Shown in pieces: positions 1 to 14,522 of a stretch of 64,000 nt of DNA. The notes beneath the pieces are model-generated. The model had not been told where the DNA came from. It did not search any database and saw only the letters and a list, made by a program, of their open reading frames with translations. The stretch's first letter is position 1, and each line of letters begins with the position of its first letter. This stretch comes from Eledone cirrhosa (lineage: Eukaryota). A program made the position numbers and the translations under genes. The stretch is from contig OZ024751.1 of assembly GCA_964016885.1 (NCBI GenBank), forward strand, positions 33,976,001 through 34,040,000. Direction: 5' to 3'.

Positions 1-95
1 CTTCTTATATTATAAAATACCAATAAAGTAGTGGATTCGATATAATCGATCTTTCCCTCCTCATTGCTGGCCTTTTGTCTAAATTACAAATCATT
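1..95 (+). mobile_element. 3' remnant of Meta-core tRNA SINE
   Basis: Decayed match to the 3' half of the 42544-42757 copy (tcgatataatcga...ctggcct..tgtctaaa). Confidence 0.5.
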
Positions 96-381
96 ACTTA
101 TCAGGTAATGAATACACTAATCATTTTGTTAATCAACTAATTAATACCAAACGTCTTTCGCCACAACCTGTGACCTTATCAACTTTTACCCTCTGTATCT
201 CCTTTTCGTTCTCACTTCAATTTTACTCCATTAGTTTGTCTATCTGTCACAGTATATTTCCGTTATATTATTTTATTTTTTGTTTATTATTTATTTATTT
301 TGAGAATTAACATGAGAAAGATGCCAATTACCCGAATACGAGTGCTATGTTTCTAATCTGTTTGTGTTTGTGTTTCTGTAG

Positions 382-514
382 GGATTCTACGCACCAGTCT
401 TGCCTGCAATCAAATCCGACTTTATACATGTATGCAACCTGTTAAAAAATTTGGAGATATGACACGTGGATTATCCGGAGTTTTTAATCCAGAACAAATA
501 AAAAACTTCTGTTC
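382..514 (+). CDS. Coding exon A of a Cys-rich, probably secreted protein (phase 1 to phase 2)
   Basis: Pyrimidine-rich acceptor tttctgtAG at 380-381 and donor GTAAGT at 515. Open frame xG-ILRTSLACNQIRLYTCMQPVKKFGDMTRGLSGVFNPEQIKNFC-TC. It looks like the end of a signal peptide (SLA|C) followed by C-x7-C...C. Confidence 0.75.
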
Positions 515-1594
515 GTAAGTAGATACTTTATAAATATAAATATACATTTATATATAATATATTATATTTTGTTTTATCTGTACCGAAAGAATATATAAAT
601 AAATATGAGAAATCTATTAAAATGTTTTTTATTAAATATAACTAAAGTAAGAAATAACTATATTTTTTCATTTCTGCCACTGTTCATAGTTTTTGTTATG
701 ACAATAATTATCAAAAATGGCTAGCTTTAACATTTTACACTATTAAACAATGACAACTTCACTTCAAAATATTATAATAAAACAGTAACAAACCACCTAT
801 GACCCTGCACCATTACATAAATTCTTTTTAGTCATAGTCTAGCATTTATATTAAATTATAGCCATTATTTTAGCTTAATTTAATTCAGTTTTCTTGTTTT
901 ATTTTTTCATTATTTTTAAGAATTTCCTTTTTCCTTTTTGTGTACCTACAATTTTGTAATTATTATTATTTTTATTATTATTCTTTTAATTTCGTACTTA
1001 CTTATTTTGGTGTTGCTGTTTGTTGTTTTTGTAATTTTTGTTTTAAAAACTAATATTTCATTCCTCTATTGGGAGATGTAGTTCTTCAACACCACCACCA
1101 CCATTACCATATATAGCCATACAACCATATATAGTCTGTTAAAACAATTAATTCGTTGTCCATAAAATTGTCCTTTTTAAAAGAAACAGCTAACAAATAA
1201 CCTTACCGATAATGGAATCGTTTTAGAGAATTTTTTCCCTATTTTTTGTCCCAATCTTTGGTGCCTTTTACTTTCATTTAATTCCGTTTTATTTGTTTTT
1301 ATTTACCTCCACTTTGTTGTTGTTGTTGTTTTAATTTCCCTATTCTTTGCCAACTATTTGTTTATATCATTCTGATTCTCCTATTGTTTTTCTTCTCTAT
1401 TTATTCTGCTCCTCCTTTAAACCAGTTCAGCATGAAGTTATTTGTCAATTGGGCCATTTTCTGCTATGGACAATAGAATTTATTAAAACTGGTTATATAT
1501 ATATATATTTATTTATATATTGTGTATGTGTACGTATTTTTGTGTATATCTATTTGTATGTATACATGCAGAGAGAAAGCTAGGAGAAAGGGAT

Positions 1595-1715
1595 AGGGGA
1601 AGAATCCATCCCAGTACTAGATTGGTACTTTTTATTTACACCTCGAAATGATGAAAGACAAAATTGACCTGAGTAGGATTTGAACTCGGTGCACAGTGAG
1701 CCGGAATGCCGCCTT
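1595..1715 (-). mobile_element. Meta-core tRNA SINE, decayed
   Basis: ggtacttt...gatgaaagacaaaattgacct...gatttgaactc is the reverse complement of the B-box plus Meta core. Confidence 0.6.
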
Positions 1716-2060
1716 AGGTGTGAGAAATAAATAAAATAACAAAGAGGAGTGAGAAGGTGCTAGAGATGGGAGACAAGTTCCTTTGTATCTCACCTCTACA
1801 CAACTGTCACATTATACCAAGGTAACATTATTGATAAAACATTACCTTACTGACTCTTATTGGAGTTATTAAGAAAAAAAAGCAATCAATCGATATATCG
1901 GTTTATTATATTGAATTAAAATAGATATCGAACTTACTCTAAATAGAAATTTTAAAAAAGAATTGGATTATAAAATTGTTAATATTGAAAATTAGATATA
2001 AATTGATTTTCTGCGAGATTGCTTCGAAAGTTTTATAAATTCGGCAACGTACACACACAC

Positions 2061-2156
<96 letters not shown>

Positions 2157-2883
2157 ATGTATGTTTACAAACAGATGCGAATCAACAGTTAAAATAGTTT
2201 ACATAGAGAAATAGATATACAATGGCTGAGATGAAAGGCAAAAAATGGTGCAACAAACCTGTAAAAGACATGAAATAGGCAGTAAAATGGTAAACAGATG
2301 TAAAACAAATACAGACACTAAACAGATGTGAATCACAACCTGAAATAGTTTTTTTGCAGAATATCGATTTCATTTATTAGGAATAAGCATACGATGTCAA
2401 AATGTCAATTATTTTAAGAACATACATATATATATTTTAAAAGCACAACTAAAAGATGAAGAGAAAAACTTGATATTATAGAAATGGCAAAGAACTTCCT
2501 GCCATATTGATATCATAGGTTCTCACTTTAATATTTCATATTTTTTACCTCAGTTCTATCATCTTTTAATGCTGTATTGTTGTTATATTCTTTTAAACAA
2601 ATTTTTTTTTTAAATACTTTTTTCATGTAATTTTCAAGATATCATTTATTGTATATGTTTGATATACCAATTAATCTAAAAGTTGGTTTGGAGTTATATG
2701 TCTTTCTTTTGTGATAGAGAGAGAGTGGGAGATGCAAACATACAAACACACATGCGTGCATAGATACATACATGAATATATATATACAAACTTATATATA
2801 TATATGTATGTATGTATCCTAATATAATATAGTGAAGAAGGGTAGACAATGATTTGTGTATTTTACAACATACTTAACACTGA

Positions 2884-3017
2884 TCTTTATATAAACTATA
2901 GATGTATGTTTGGATTTAAATAAGACCGTATGTGCATCAAATGAAAGGATCTCAAGTTTCGTTAGAACGATCCTACTTTATTTACATGTTTGTTCACATT
3001 GCCTACATCTTGAGCTG
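2884..3017 (+). pseudogene. Possible decayed paralogue of exon B
   Basis: TIDVCLDLNKTVCASNERISSFVRTILLYLHVC gives C-x7-C-x19-C, against C-x7-C-x18-C in exon B. Has a frameshift/stop near the start and no phase-compatible splice sites. Confidence 0.3.
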
Positions 3018-3265
3018 TATATATATATATAATTTTCAATCATATATATTTTTATATATTTTTATATTTTTATATTTGCTTGACCCGAATTACTTGATCG
3101 TTTTTTCGCTGTGCGGATGATTGGTTTAACCACCATCTCAGTGTGTTTGGCCTTTAACGTATGTTGTAGCTCTAATTCATATGAATTATCGAGCGCTTGC
3201 CACACAACTCGGAAGTGTTTTTCGTTAATTCCTGAGCTGAAATTCGATTCTCGCTAATTTATACT

Positions 3266-3307
<42 letters not shown>

Positions 3308-3689
3308 AAATCAATTCAGGTTTATATTACATCACTTCTAGTTGGTATTGCACTTTGGTTCTCTTTCGTCTGGAGGTCGATGAATTAGAACTAAAAGTTA
3401 CCCACCCACCCTACCCCAACTCCTCTCCACTTAAAACAAAATTAAGGCCACGTTCCGATATTAGGAAGTACAACTTTATCCCGTTTCCGTACGGTTATCG
3501 ATAATGGTATCGATTTCATTCTCCTATACTTTACTGACGTTTCAAGTAGGCTTCACCCATTTTCAGATTTTCTTAATAACCTTATTAAACTGTTTTCGTA
3601 TCTATCATATTTGATCTGTATTTGGTGCATCGAGTTTTCAAGACGTGTGTTGTCTGTTGCCTGTTCTTTCTGCGGAGAACATTAATAGG

Positions 3690-3925
3690 ACGTGGTTAAG
3701 AGATTAAGTCTTAATCATGAGTTTCGGGTTTGAGTCCACTGTGTTGTAAATTGGGCTACAGGTTGCCTAAAGCTTTTGGTGTGAAATTTTGTATACGAAT
3801 AGCATGTGGAGGGGGGGCACTCAGGCGTACTGCACTTGTAGTTCAAAGATGCCCCATTGTTTTACGATGATTTGGCTTCGGAATTACCTGACGTGTACAT
3901 ATGTCTGTGAAATACTTAACCACTC
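3690..3925 (+). mobile_element. Decayed tRNA-derived SINE (second family, CORE-like)
   Basis: A-box-like gtggttaaga and B-box-like gggtttgagtccact. Related head at 62425-62540. Confidence 0.5.
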
Positions 3926-4067
3926 ATACCTTTGTGCAAACATGATAAAATCACCCATATATGATCGTTATATATCGATCTCTGATAAATATATATATAT
4001 AAAGTACAATTCGAAGTTTCATATTACTGCTTTAACTGATTATAGACCAGTTACGTACGTTTCACAG

Positions 4068-4192
4068 ATGATTGGCTCAAGATCCATATTTGTGTTATAG
4101 ACCCGACAGCATCCATCTGTTCATCAGAAATGTTAATCAAGCTAAAAACAAACATTCCTCTGACGGCAGACCGTATCATATGTAATATATAA
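4068..4192 (+). pseudogene. Possible decayed paralogue of exon C
   Basis: Acceptor tttcacAG, phase 1: [38 protein letters not shown], then a stop; donor lost. Confidence 0.3.
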
Positions 4193-4372
4193 GTACAGAG
4201 AAGAGCGAACAATGAATGGTTATGTGAGAAGTTGGAGAAACTAATCGACTCGGCTGCGTTGTATGAATTATGGAAAGCAAACAACTGTGAGAGAAAAGAA
4301 TTGAAAAGAAATTGTCTATTCAGTGAAGTTTCGGAGTAGAGCTTTGCCATCGATAATATTTGCTTTATACAT

Positions 4373-4545
<173 letters not shown>

Positions 4546-4712
4546 TATGTATATATACACTGGTTTATGTCAAGTATATTTGTTTGTCGACACAGTTCTG
4601 TACACATACATATGTTCGAAAAAATAGTCACACATACTCATGCATATATCTCTCTATATATATATGCGTCTGTGTATATATAGATGCATACATACATATC
4701 AGATATACGCAC

Positions 4713-4749
<37 letters not shown>

Positions 4750-4869
4750 TATATTAAAGAGTAGCAGGAATGCTAAATACGAACTTCTTGAAACAGACAC
4801 AACCAAATATATGTATGCTCACATAGACAAACACAAAAAACAAACACACAAACACAAACAAACACACAC

Positions 4870-4956
<87 letters not shown>

Positions 4957-5125
4957 TGCACTGACTTTAAAGAACTTATCTTGCACGAAGCCAAGTTTCT
5001 TTGATATAAAATGATAGGAATTTGTATCGATCATATATTTTTGCCAGTTAATAATATCTAATTTTTTACTATTATATATCTTCACTTGACTTCTAAGATT
5101 TTTTTTATTTTATATTTTCCCTCCC

Positions 5126-5264
<139 letters not shown>

Positions 5265-5583
5265 GTGTGTGTTTGTATGTATATGTATACACATACGAAC
5301 ATATACATTCTAAGATGTAATATTGGAAATGATTAACTATAACAAATAACCCCCACCACCACCACCATGAGCACACAAACGCTCCCGTTGTCATGTGACA
5401 TACATTATATTACTAATATAATAATGTAATGGTGTATGAATATTTCTATTTCTAAGCGTTTATCTATCTATATATATATTGTATATATATATATATATAT
5501 GTATGTGTACATAGTTATATATATATATATATATGTATGTGTATATAGTTATTTGTATGTATATGTGTGTATACATTTTATGT

Positions 5584-5626
<43 letters not shown>

Positions 5627-6771
5627 GTGTAATGATGTGTTGTGAACAAAACTATTCACAATCTACGTATCGTAATTTAACATTGATTTCGGAAAGTTTG
5701 ATATACATATATAAATAATAATAAATGCAATAATAATAATAATAACGGTGATGACGATTTCTTTATTAACCACGCAGGGCTAACATAAAGAACACATTAA
5801 GGATGGCTCAAGACGGTACAATGTGGGTTTTGGTGTGCTCGGAATTTACCTCTATTGTTATCACATGTCTTAGTCCGGCACATTAGGGAACTGGACACAG
5901 GTCAGGAACCGAGTGCCAGACAATACTTTACTATCACATGTTTCTATTTGGATTTTGTCTGAGTAAAATCATAATTGACTGTCATAGTTCAATTTATATT
6001 ATTAATTACTTGATTAACTTTTATTTTAATTAATTTTTTTAATTAATTTTAATTTTATGCCAATGAGAACACAAGTTACGGTGTTATTTATTATTAATTA
6101 ATTTAATAATGAATTTTTAAAATGAAAAAATCCATGCGTTGTTTTTAATAACAAGAACAACTCTTCCCAAAATACAGCAACAACTTAAAATTGTCTGAAC
6201 GGAACAAGCAGAGTTCATAATTAATTATATTTACCAATGGTTGATGGGAGGAGCAAAGATTGCAAGAAACGAGAAACACAGATACAGATCTTTTATAATA
6301 CGTTAAGAGGGTTCATAGCTTTCATTCCGCATTAGGTAAAGAAAACAATGTAAACTTTTGATCATTTATAACTATAGTTATATAACTCTTTATCTCGCAG
6401 TGATAAGGAGGGGCAACGTGTTCAGACTCGACCGGTTACAAGCACATAGTCACAAATCTACACGTGGGCGGCTCGAGCCCTAACGTCGATGTATTGTTAA
6501 CCTGAACAGCACGAAGCTTCGGCGGAATCTTGAGCCCCTGAGCAGCTCTTTTTTTGAGACGCACTACCCACCCAACGAGGGGAGGGTGTATAAAAAGTGA
6601 CCTAAGCAAAGTCAACAAACTGGCCAGCAGCCTGCAGTTGGCGGTGGTTCATAATAGCAGGGAGTTCGTTGAAGAGATGGCCGTCTTCTGCAAAGAAGTG
6701 GCAGTTATAATATATTTATATATGCACATACGTATACCTATGTGTGGGTATATATATGCACATACGTATGC

Positions 6772-6813
<42 letters not shown>

Positions 6814-7184
6814 ATACACACACATTTCAAATGTCCTTTCCTCGTATCAGTGTGCAGACAACCACTAATTCCCTGTCGTAGTCTAACGTCATTCATCATC
6901 TGTTGATTATCTTTGATTATTTGCCAATTGAAGCTTTCAAGCCTCGCTAAACTTAGCCTAGCAATTGAACACAATTAACTCACTCGCTTTCCTCACGATT
7001 AACGTTTAACTTCGCCATTTTGAATGACCGCATCATGTTCTTACTTCAACCAATGAACATACAACACCAGCATCCACACCGCTCCACAAAACCACCCTTA
7101 AAAGCACCCACACCACCAACACCATCACCATCTATAACTCGCCACTACTTATAACAACAAAACCAAAGAAAGCAATATAAAACA

Positions 7185-7241
<57 letters not shown>

Positions 7242-7731
7242 CAGAAATCCTACAAATTCACTGGCCATCTACGCAGCATTGTATGCATGTACGTATAGAT
7301 GTGTATATGTACACACACACACTTACATACACATATGTGTATATATAAAGAGATATGTATATATCTATTTAATTGTATATATTTATCAAGAATAAAAGAC
7401 AATGCGTTTATACTACGCCACATTTTATTTATTACGTAATACCTCTCATACGTATTTCCATGGTATCTGATACGTAATTTTAAAAGTTCAGATAACGTTT
7501 CATCAGATCTATCACATCTGTATAATTTCTGATACTTCAAACAGGAGATTTCCTGTCTTCATTTTTCACTGGCTGGTCTCTCTCTCTCTATATATATATA
7601 TATTCATTATGGCTGAGTATTGAGTCTTGTTATTCTGGAGTCTCACCTGCCCACTCGTATCATCAGTTAGCTATAATAAATGAGTATTTAACCTCTACTT
7701 ACATATTAATTATTCATTTCTCTCGTCCATC

Positions 7732-7779
<48 letters not shown>

Positions 7780-7851
7780 ATTTAAAGTATGTTCTGTATT
7801 ATTACAGAAGAGTTGTCGTATTTGGTAATGAATGAGTGCCATACCCCCTCC

Positions 7852-7885
<34 letters not shown>

Positions 7886-7895
<10 letters not shown>

Positions 7896-9495
7896 GGAGG
7901 GAGGGTAAGAGTGGGTATGGCACTCATTCATTACCAAATACGACAACTCTTCTGTAATAATACAGAACATACTTTAAATCAAGTGACAAACGAAAGATAT
8001 TTCAAATCATTTTATTAGCATCTACACACGTTTCAATATTAATGTAACACAAGATCCTCAGGACATCAATATAGGATAAACTGAAATTAAAAGGGGGGTA
8101 AACAGGTGGTGGAAGGGTGTGGGGTGAGTAGGGGTGGTGGTGGGTGGAGTGGGGAGAGGGAGACGGGGTGTCCGAGCGGGGAGGGCTGAAGGTGGTGTGT
8201 GTGTGTAGGTGTGCGTGTGTGTGTGTGTATGTGAAAGTGAGGGTTGGGGGAAGAACGGGGTTGCATGTTCAGGAAGAGGTGTGTGTGGAGGGTGTTTATG
8301 TGGGTCGGAGTGTCTGTGCGTGTGTGGATAGGGGGTGGGGGGATAGGAATCAGGAGGCTGAGGGTGTAAATATGTGGTGGGAAGCACGTGTGTGTGGGGT
8401 TTAAGCGTGTTGTGGGTGTGGGTGGCGTGTGGAGAAAAAAAAATGTTTTGGGGTGTGTGTGGGGGTGAGTTATATAGGTGATGACGTAAGAGGATGGTTG
8501 AAAAGTTGGTAAGTTCCACGGATGTTTGGAGATTTGGTTATAAGTCAATTTTGCGTGTGGGTAATCCATGAAGCGGTGGTCGGAAGAGGAGAGATGTGGG
8601 GTGCGCGCGCAACAGGAAGTGGTCAGCAGTGGGAGTGCTGTGGTCAGTTGGTGCTGGGAGGTGGTCAGAAGGGCATAGCAGCAGTCGGTGGAATGGTAGG
8701 GAGGCGAGGATGGGTAGGTGTGAGAGTTGGAGTGAGGAGGGTGTGTGTGTGTGTGTATTAGTAGGGGTGTTAGTGGGATGAGTGAGTGTGGAGCGGGGGT
8801 GTGGGTGGAGCGGGGAGAGAAGGGTGTGTGTGGTTCTATGGAGGGAGTGTGGTGTACTGGTGTGTGTGTAGTTTGGTGAAGAGGTGTTAGTGGGTGTTAG
8901 TATACGGGAGGTGGGGAGGGGTGGAATGCAGGTGTGAGTGGGGGTTAGTGGTGGTAGGGTGTGTAGAGTTGGTGGTGTACGAGGGTGTGTGGGTACGTGT
9001 GCGTGGGGTTGGGGGGGGGTGTTAGTGATGTTAGTTGCGTGTGGGGTGGATGCGTGTGTGCGTGTGATAAGGAGGGGGAGGAGGAGAAGAGGGGAGGGAA
9101 GGGATGTTAGTATATTAGTTGGGGAAGGGTGGTCAGATGAGGGGTGGAGTGGAGGTGTTAGTATTGTTAGTGTGGGGTGGGCGGTGAAAAGGAGGGGTGT
9201 GTTAGTGGGGGATAAGTGTGGGGGGGAGGGGGGCGGTCGAACGCTAAAGGAATAAGGGTGGGGAGTTCAGGCCGGGGGGAGTGTGGGTCTGTAAGATGAA
9301 GATAGTTCGTTGTTCGACCGTAAGGCGATGGGCGGGTGTTCCGTGGCACTGGAGTAGGCCACAGACTGTGAGATGGCGTGCGGAGTGTCCAGGGCCACCA
9401 AAGTGGCGGGCGATGGGGGAACTGCCCCCGAGACGAATATCCCGGAGGTGCTCCGTGACTCGGTCCGCCAGGCGACGTCCCGTCTGTCCGACATA

Positions 9496-9500
<5 letters not shown>
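7886..9500 (-). mobile_element. 5'-truncated Penelope-like element: GIY-YIG C-terminus, C/A-rich 3' UTR, HHR, tail
   Basis: 9498 to 9244 reads TYVGQTGRRLADRVTEHLRDIR...PIARHF...HSARHLTVCGL...RLTVEQRTIFILQTHTPPGLN, typical of the PLE GIY-YIG endonuclease. Both ends abut (TA)n. Confidence 0.85.
8019..8065 (-). ncRNA. Hammerhead-like motif (PLE pLTR), degenerate
   Basis: Minus strand TGTC-CTGAGGA-...-GAAAC-GTGT-GTA-GATG, followed by AATAAA. Stems are imperfect. Confidence 0.5.
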
Positions 9501-9551
<51 letters not shown>

Positions 9552-9566
9552 TACACACACGCACAT

Positions 9567-9666
9567 ATAGGGTGTTCCAAAAATGTATACACACTTTGAT
9601 TACCTGTACAGGCAATTTTTATTAGAATGCTGTTGAAATGTGTATACATTTGTTCTGGATACCCTG
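9567..9666. mobile_element. ~100-bp Tc1/mariner-type MITE
   Basis: TIRs agggtgttccaaaaatgtatacac / gtgtatacatttgttctggataccct. Second copy at 42289-42390. Confidence 0.7.
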
Positions 9667-10592
9667 CATATTTATATATATATATATAATGCATTTGTGA
9701 GGGGCATGTACTTACGTAAACGCATACATATATGCAAACACACTCACATACACACATATACATACATGTAAACACACTCACACATACATACGAGTTGCCG
9801 TTTTTGAAAATACGATGAAAAAAACCGGCTTCTACAATAATTTCATTATTAAATACATTTCTTTCTTTGCTTGTGTTTGTAATCTTCCCAACTGTTTGTA
9901 ATATCTGACGTTTGATGTTTTCTATTATATTTCATTTGATTTGACTCTTTTTTTCTTTATTTGCTTTGTTTTCTACTGTTTATTGTTAAAAGTTGAGATA
10001 AACTAAGGCTTATCCATCATTTATAAGTTGCTTTTAGTTACGGTTTGTTGAATATCAAAGGAAATATATGTTGATGAGTTAACATCAGCTTCGTCTGTTG
10101 TCTTAATAAGAAAGAAAGGAAATTAAGCATGAATTAAGGGAGTGTTTTTTGGGGAAACGTGACATGTCTTCATTTTATACATGGAGGATACTGTCCGTCT
10201 CCAAGTCTGAACACTGTCCAATTATTTCATAGATGATAGTAATATAGAGATATAGTTGAAGAATTTCACCGCTGTACTTGATAGGTACTTTACTTATAGA
10301 CCTAGAATGATGAAAGGGGAAGAAAAACTCGGCAGCATGTGAAATCAAAGTGTATGTAGATATAATATAATAAAATATTAAATAATGTCATAAACAAAGT
10401 TGTCGTATACTAGATATAGAAACATAAAACAATGTAATATTGTTATAACATAAGTACTGTTATATGTATAAACACTCACACACTATATTATATATATGTG
10501 TATTTATGTATTGGTTGTGGTAGGGTTGGCATATTCATTTGCAGCCATGCGAAACACGTATTTTGCTAACGAACACACATACACACACGCGC

Positions 10593-10675
<83 letters not shown>

Positions 10676-10987
10676 AGAGAGAGAAATAGATAGGTGTGTG
10701 TAATTTAATGTTGGTAAGCGAACTAACACTGTACTCGCTGAGGAATAAAAACATAGATATTACAACACAGTTGATGGTATCTTTGAATACGACGGTACAC
10801 AATAGTACTATAGTAGTAGTAAGCAGTTGATGGTGATATAATAGTACTAACTGGTACTAAGCAGTTGGTCATATAATAGTACTAACTGGTAGCAAGTTAT
10901 ATATTATTTATGCAATATTTTAACGAAAGGCATAGAATTAATAATAAACTGAAGTAAAGAAAGAGAGGTGGGGAAGATACTAAATAA

Positions 10988-11092
10988 TTTTTTCTACTTT
11001 AGACATAAGACCAGCAATTTGAAGGGGAGGGGAGTCGATTATATCGACCCCCAGTTCATTATTGGTGCTTTATTTTATCGACCCTGTAAGGA
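10988..11092 (-). mobile_element. Meta-core SINE 3' part
   Basis: ggggagtcgattatatcgacccccag...tttattttatcgaccc..taagga, reverse complement of the 42544 copy. Confidence 0.65.
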
Positions 11093-11627
11093 TACTAAAT
11101 AATAACCGGCAAAATAAATTGACATATGTTGTGATGAATCAATTAATTTCTAAGAGAGCGTCCATAATGTTGGAAGTGAGGCAGCCACTTGTAGAGAGGA
11201 AAGCAATAGACAGAATAAAGATGGAACGAAGAAATACGAAAATAATAATGATATATACAGCTAGACATGGAACAGTTGAGAAAAGATTGAACAGTAACAC
11301 ACAGGCATACATATACATATATGTACATACACAAAAACACACATAAACGTACACATAGCACAGTGACACGCTCTGAAACACACATATGTAGGCATTTGCA
11401 AATATACATGCACACATATATGTATATAGAACTGCATTTACCTATATGCATATGTGTGTTTAAATATGTATATATATATATATGTGTGTGTGTGTGTACC
11501 TACATACATATTTACATACGTACATATATTTACATACATGCATGTATGTGAATGTATATATATATATATATACATACATACATATGTACATATATTTAGA
11601 TATGCATATGCATATATATATATATGA

Positions 11628-11698
<71 letters not shown>

Positions 11699-12239
11699 TG
11701 TATGTGCTTACATACATATGTACATACGTACATATATTTACATACATACATATACATATAATTATATTACAGTAAGATAAGAAAAAAACGTCGATAAAAG
11801 TGCAAACATCACAACACAAAGAACATAAAATTATGGAGGATCACGAATCTCAATCAAAGGAAACCGAAAAAAAAAAAAAAAACAGTAAAAAAACATTCCA
11901 TTCAACAGGTAAATGGTAAAAAAATAAAGAAAGAATAAAAAATAAATAGAATAAAATCTAAAAGATGTGAGAAAACTATAAAAGTAATTGAAACAATTGA
12001 GACGAAATGTAAAGTCTGAGAAAAATAATTTCAAAAATATCGACTGACTGTACAAGATGTTAATATAAATGGAGAAATATCTACAATGTTAGTGGAAAAT
12101 ATTCGGGGTAGTAATAGCAGCCACGTCTCCCTCGAATTGATTAGAAAAGGAAACGAAAAATAAACCTTAAAACCTATTCTCTTTTACTTCAACTTCTAAC
12201 AGCTTTGACTTCAGCTAAAACTTATAATTTTTCAAGGTT

Positions 12240-12760
12240 TCTTGCCGTGAAAGAACACAATGGATCTTGTATTCATTGAAGTAATTCTGATTAAATCTCC
12301 CCGTCCATCCAGCGTCCAACAACACTGTTGAACAACATAAATTTGCCTCTCCAGATGTTGAGCTGCAAACCCACCCACTTTTCTAGGCTGATCTTTGCTC
12401 CTGTCAACCTCTCATATTCCTCTAATTTCTGGGGCATTCGACACCATCACGGTGTCGTTCTGTGCATATGCCGACGCAGCCCTTCCATGTCCGGGTTTCA
12501 GCGGGATGCCCTGCAACAGCTCCAGCTTCTGCAGCAGTGGCACGAGGGTCAGTACATAAAAAAAGGAAAAAGGGCAAGCTTGACGAACCGAGAGAATGAT
12601 CTGGAATGGATCCGATGGGTCGTCCATTGCCATTGAACACTGAGTATATGCCGCTCTGCATTTCAGTGAGTCAGCCTCTGAAAACGTGGCAGAAATCTTG
12701 AAGTCAAAGCTATTGATTGATCCAAATTGATCAGAACCGCATGGGGGCCGGGTGTATTCC
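12240..12760 (-). mobile_element. Decayed L1/Tx1-clade LINE reverse transcriptase fragment
   Basis: LDQSIAFD...NGRPSDPFQIILSVRQACPFS..YVLTLVPLLQKLE...SAYAQNDTV resembles DxxKAFD / VRQGCPLS / AYADD, with frameshifts. Confidence 0.75.
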
Positions 12761-12906
12761 CTACCGGTGGCGGTGTTGGTAATATTGTTTTGTTTGTGAT
12801 GTTTTTATTGTGATGGTGGTGGTGTCAATATTTTCTATTTTGGGCTGTCAATTTCATACATTTTATTGCCTGTTCATTTTTGTCGTTGTTGTTGTTGTTG
12901 TTGTTG

Positions 12907-13089
12907 CTAGTTCTGCTGCTTAATATTGTCGTTTTCTTTTAAACTAATTGAAATTTGGCTGTTCTCTTCTGCGGACGAATCTTTTTCAAAACGTTGAGGG
13001 CGGTGTTTGGAAAATAGACACAGATATAACTCTTGAGGGCTACAAATAAGGGGACGTCGACTGACATAGCAGGATCCTGGTTGATTTAC
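12907..13089 (-). pseudogene. Exon-like segment resembling exon A, antisense
   Basis: Acceptor ttttgtAG at 13091-13090. Open 60 codons VNQPGSCYVSRRPLICSPQELYLCLFSK...QQN*. CSPQELYLC parallels CNQIRLYTC. Confidence 0.35.
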
Positions 13090-13633
13090 CTACAAAACAA
13101 TATCTAATGCCTGATGAAAAACATTGTCTAACAATGTGAGGAAACAACAGAATTACGGTGCCTCCTATACACACGTGTCGATAGACAAACATAAAATATA
13201 ATAATAAAGTGCCATAAATGTATTAAATGTTAGAAGCAAATGAATTTCAATAATAAATAACGTAGTAGGCAAAATAAGATATAATTGAATGTGTTTGTTA
13301 TCAATATTTCGAGCAGGGGTTTCTTCCTAGGGAGAAAAAATACAATTTATTGACTATAGAGTTTCACAAGGGATCAGTGCATGTTTAATAAGATATTACT
13401 ATGTGACATCACTTTCAATGCAACATTAACAAACAATAGTAACACCTTTAACTTTAGGAATCGAAGCTCTTTTTTCTTATGAAGTTATTTTGGCAGTTAT
13501 CGTCTTTACTTGTGGCTAAACATTATTTATTTTGTTTCTTTATTATTGATTTATACATTGTGTATTATTTGATATTGATTTATATATTTGTGTATTATAT
13601 ATTTTATTTATTTTGCTAAAGGATTGCATTGAC

Positions 13634-13735
<102 letters not shown>

Positions 13736-14522
13736 ATATATGTGTGTGTATATATGTGTGTATATACAGACACACATGCACATATTTATGGATACACATA
13801 TATATATATAGAGAGAGAGAGATACAGGTGTGTATGTGTGTATTACGTGCGTGTGTGAGTGTGTATATATATATATATATATATTTCTACATATATAGTA
13901 CATATAGATTAGGCGTTATATAGATATTTAACATCATACATCACTCACATTTCGGTCAGAGTGAATGCATGTGTGTGGCGTGTGATGTGTGTGTGTGTGT
14001 GTGATGTTTGCATGTGTGTTTGTGTGTGTAATATGAGATATATATATCAGTGTATGAGAGATGCATGTTTACCTACATATTTATGGATGAATATTTATAT
14101 ACATATACATGAGCATATAAACACATATCTCATTACATATTAACATACAACAATCCATTATTCTCAGAATTATTATAACATTTGCATAATACACACATTT
14201 ATATATATATATATATTTAATATTATAGTTTGTGAGGGTCATGCTGCCAATATATGTGCATTGTCAAATTGAGTTTCATTTCACTTTATGATTAGAGTTA
14301 TTTGATAACAATATCTGTTTCAAATACAAATAAGAAGTACGCATATACACACATATATATATATATATATATATATTCATACATGCATACAAACATAACA
14401 GTGCAGATGTACATAATAGTACAAGTAGTATATCTAACAGTATTTTATCATCAAATTGTTATTAAAGAAAACAGTCCCCAAAACAAAAGAAAATATTATG
14501 TTCGATAATATATTAATGGGAA

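Noticed and set aside
8058-9255. Pro/His/Thr- or Gly/Val-rich ORFs
   Set aside because: Low-complexity 3' UTR of the Penelope element.
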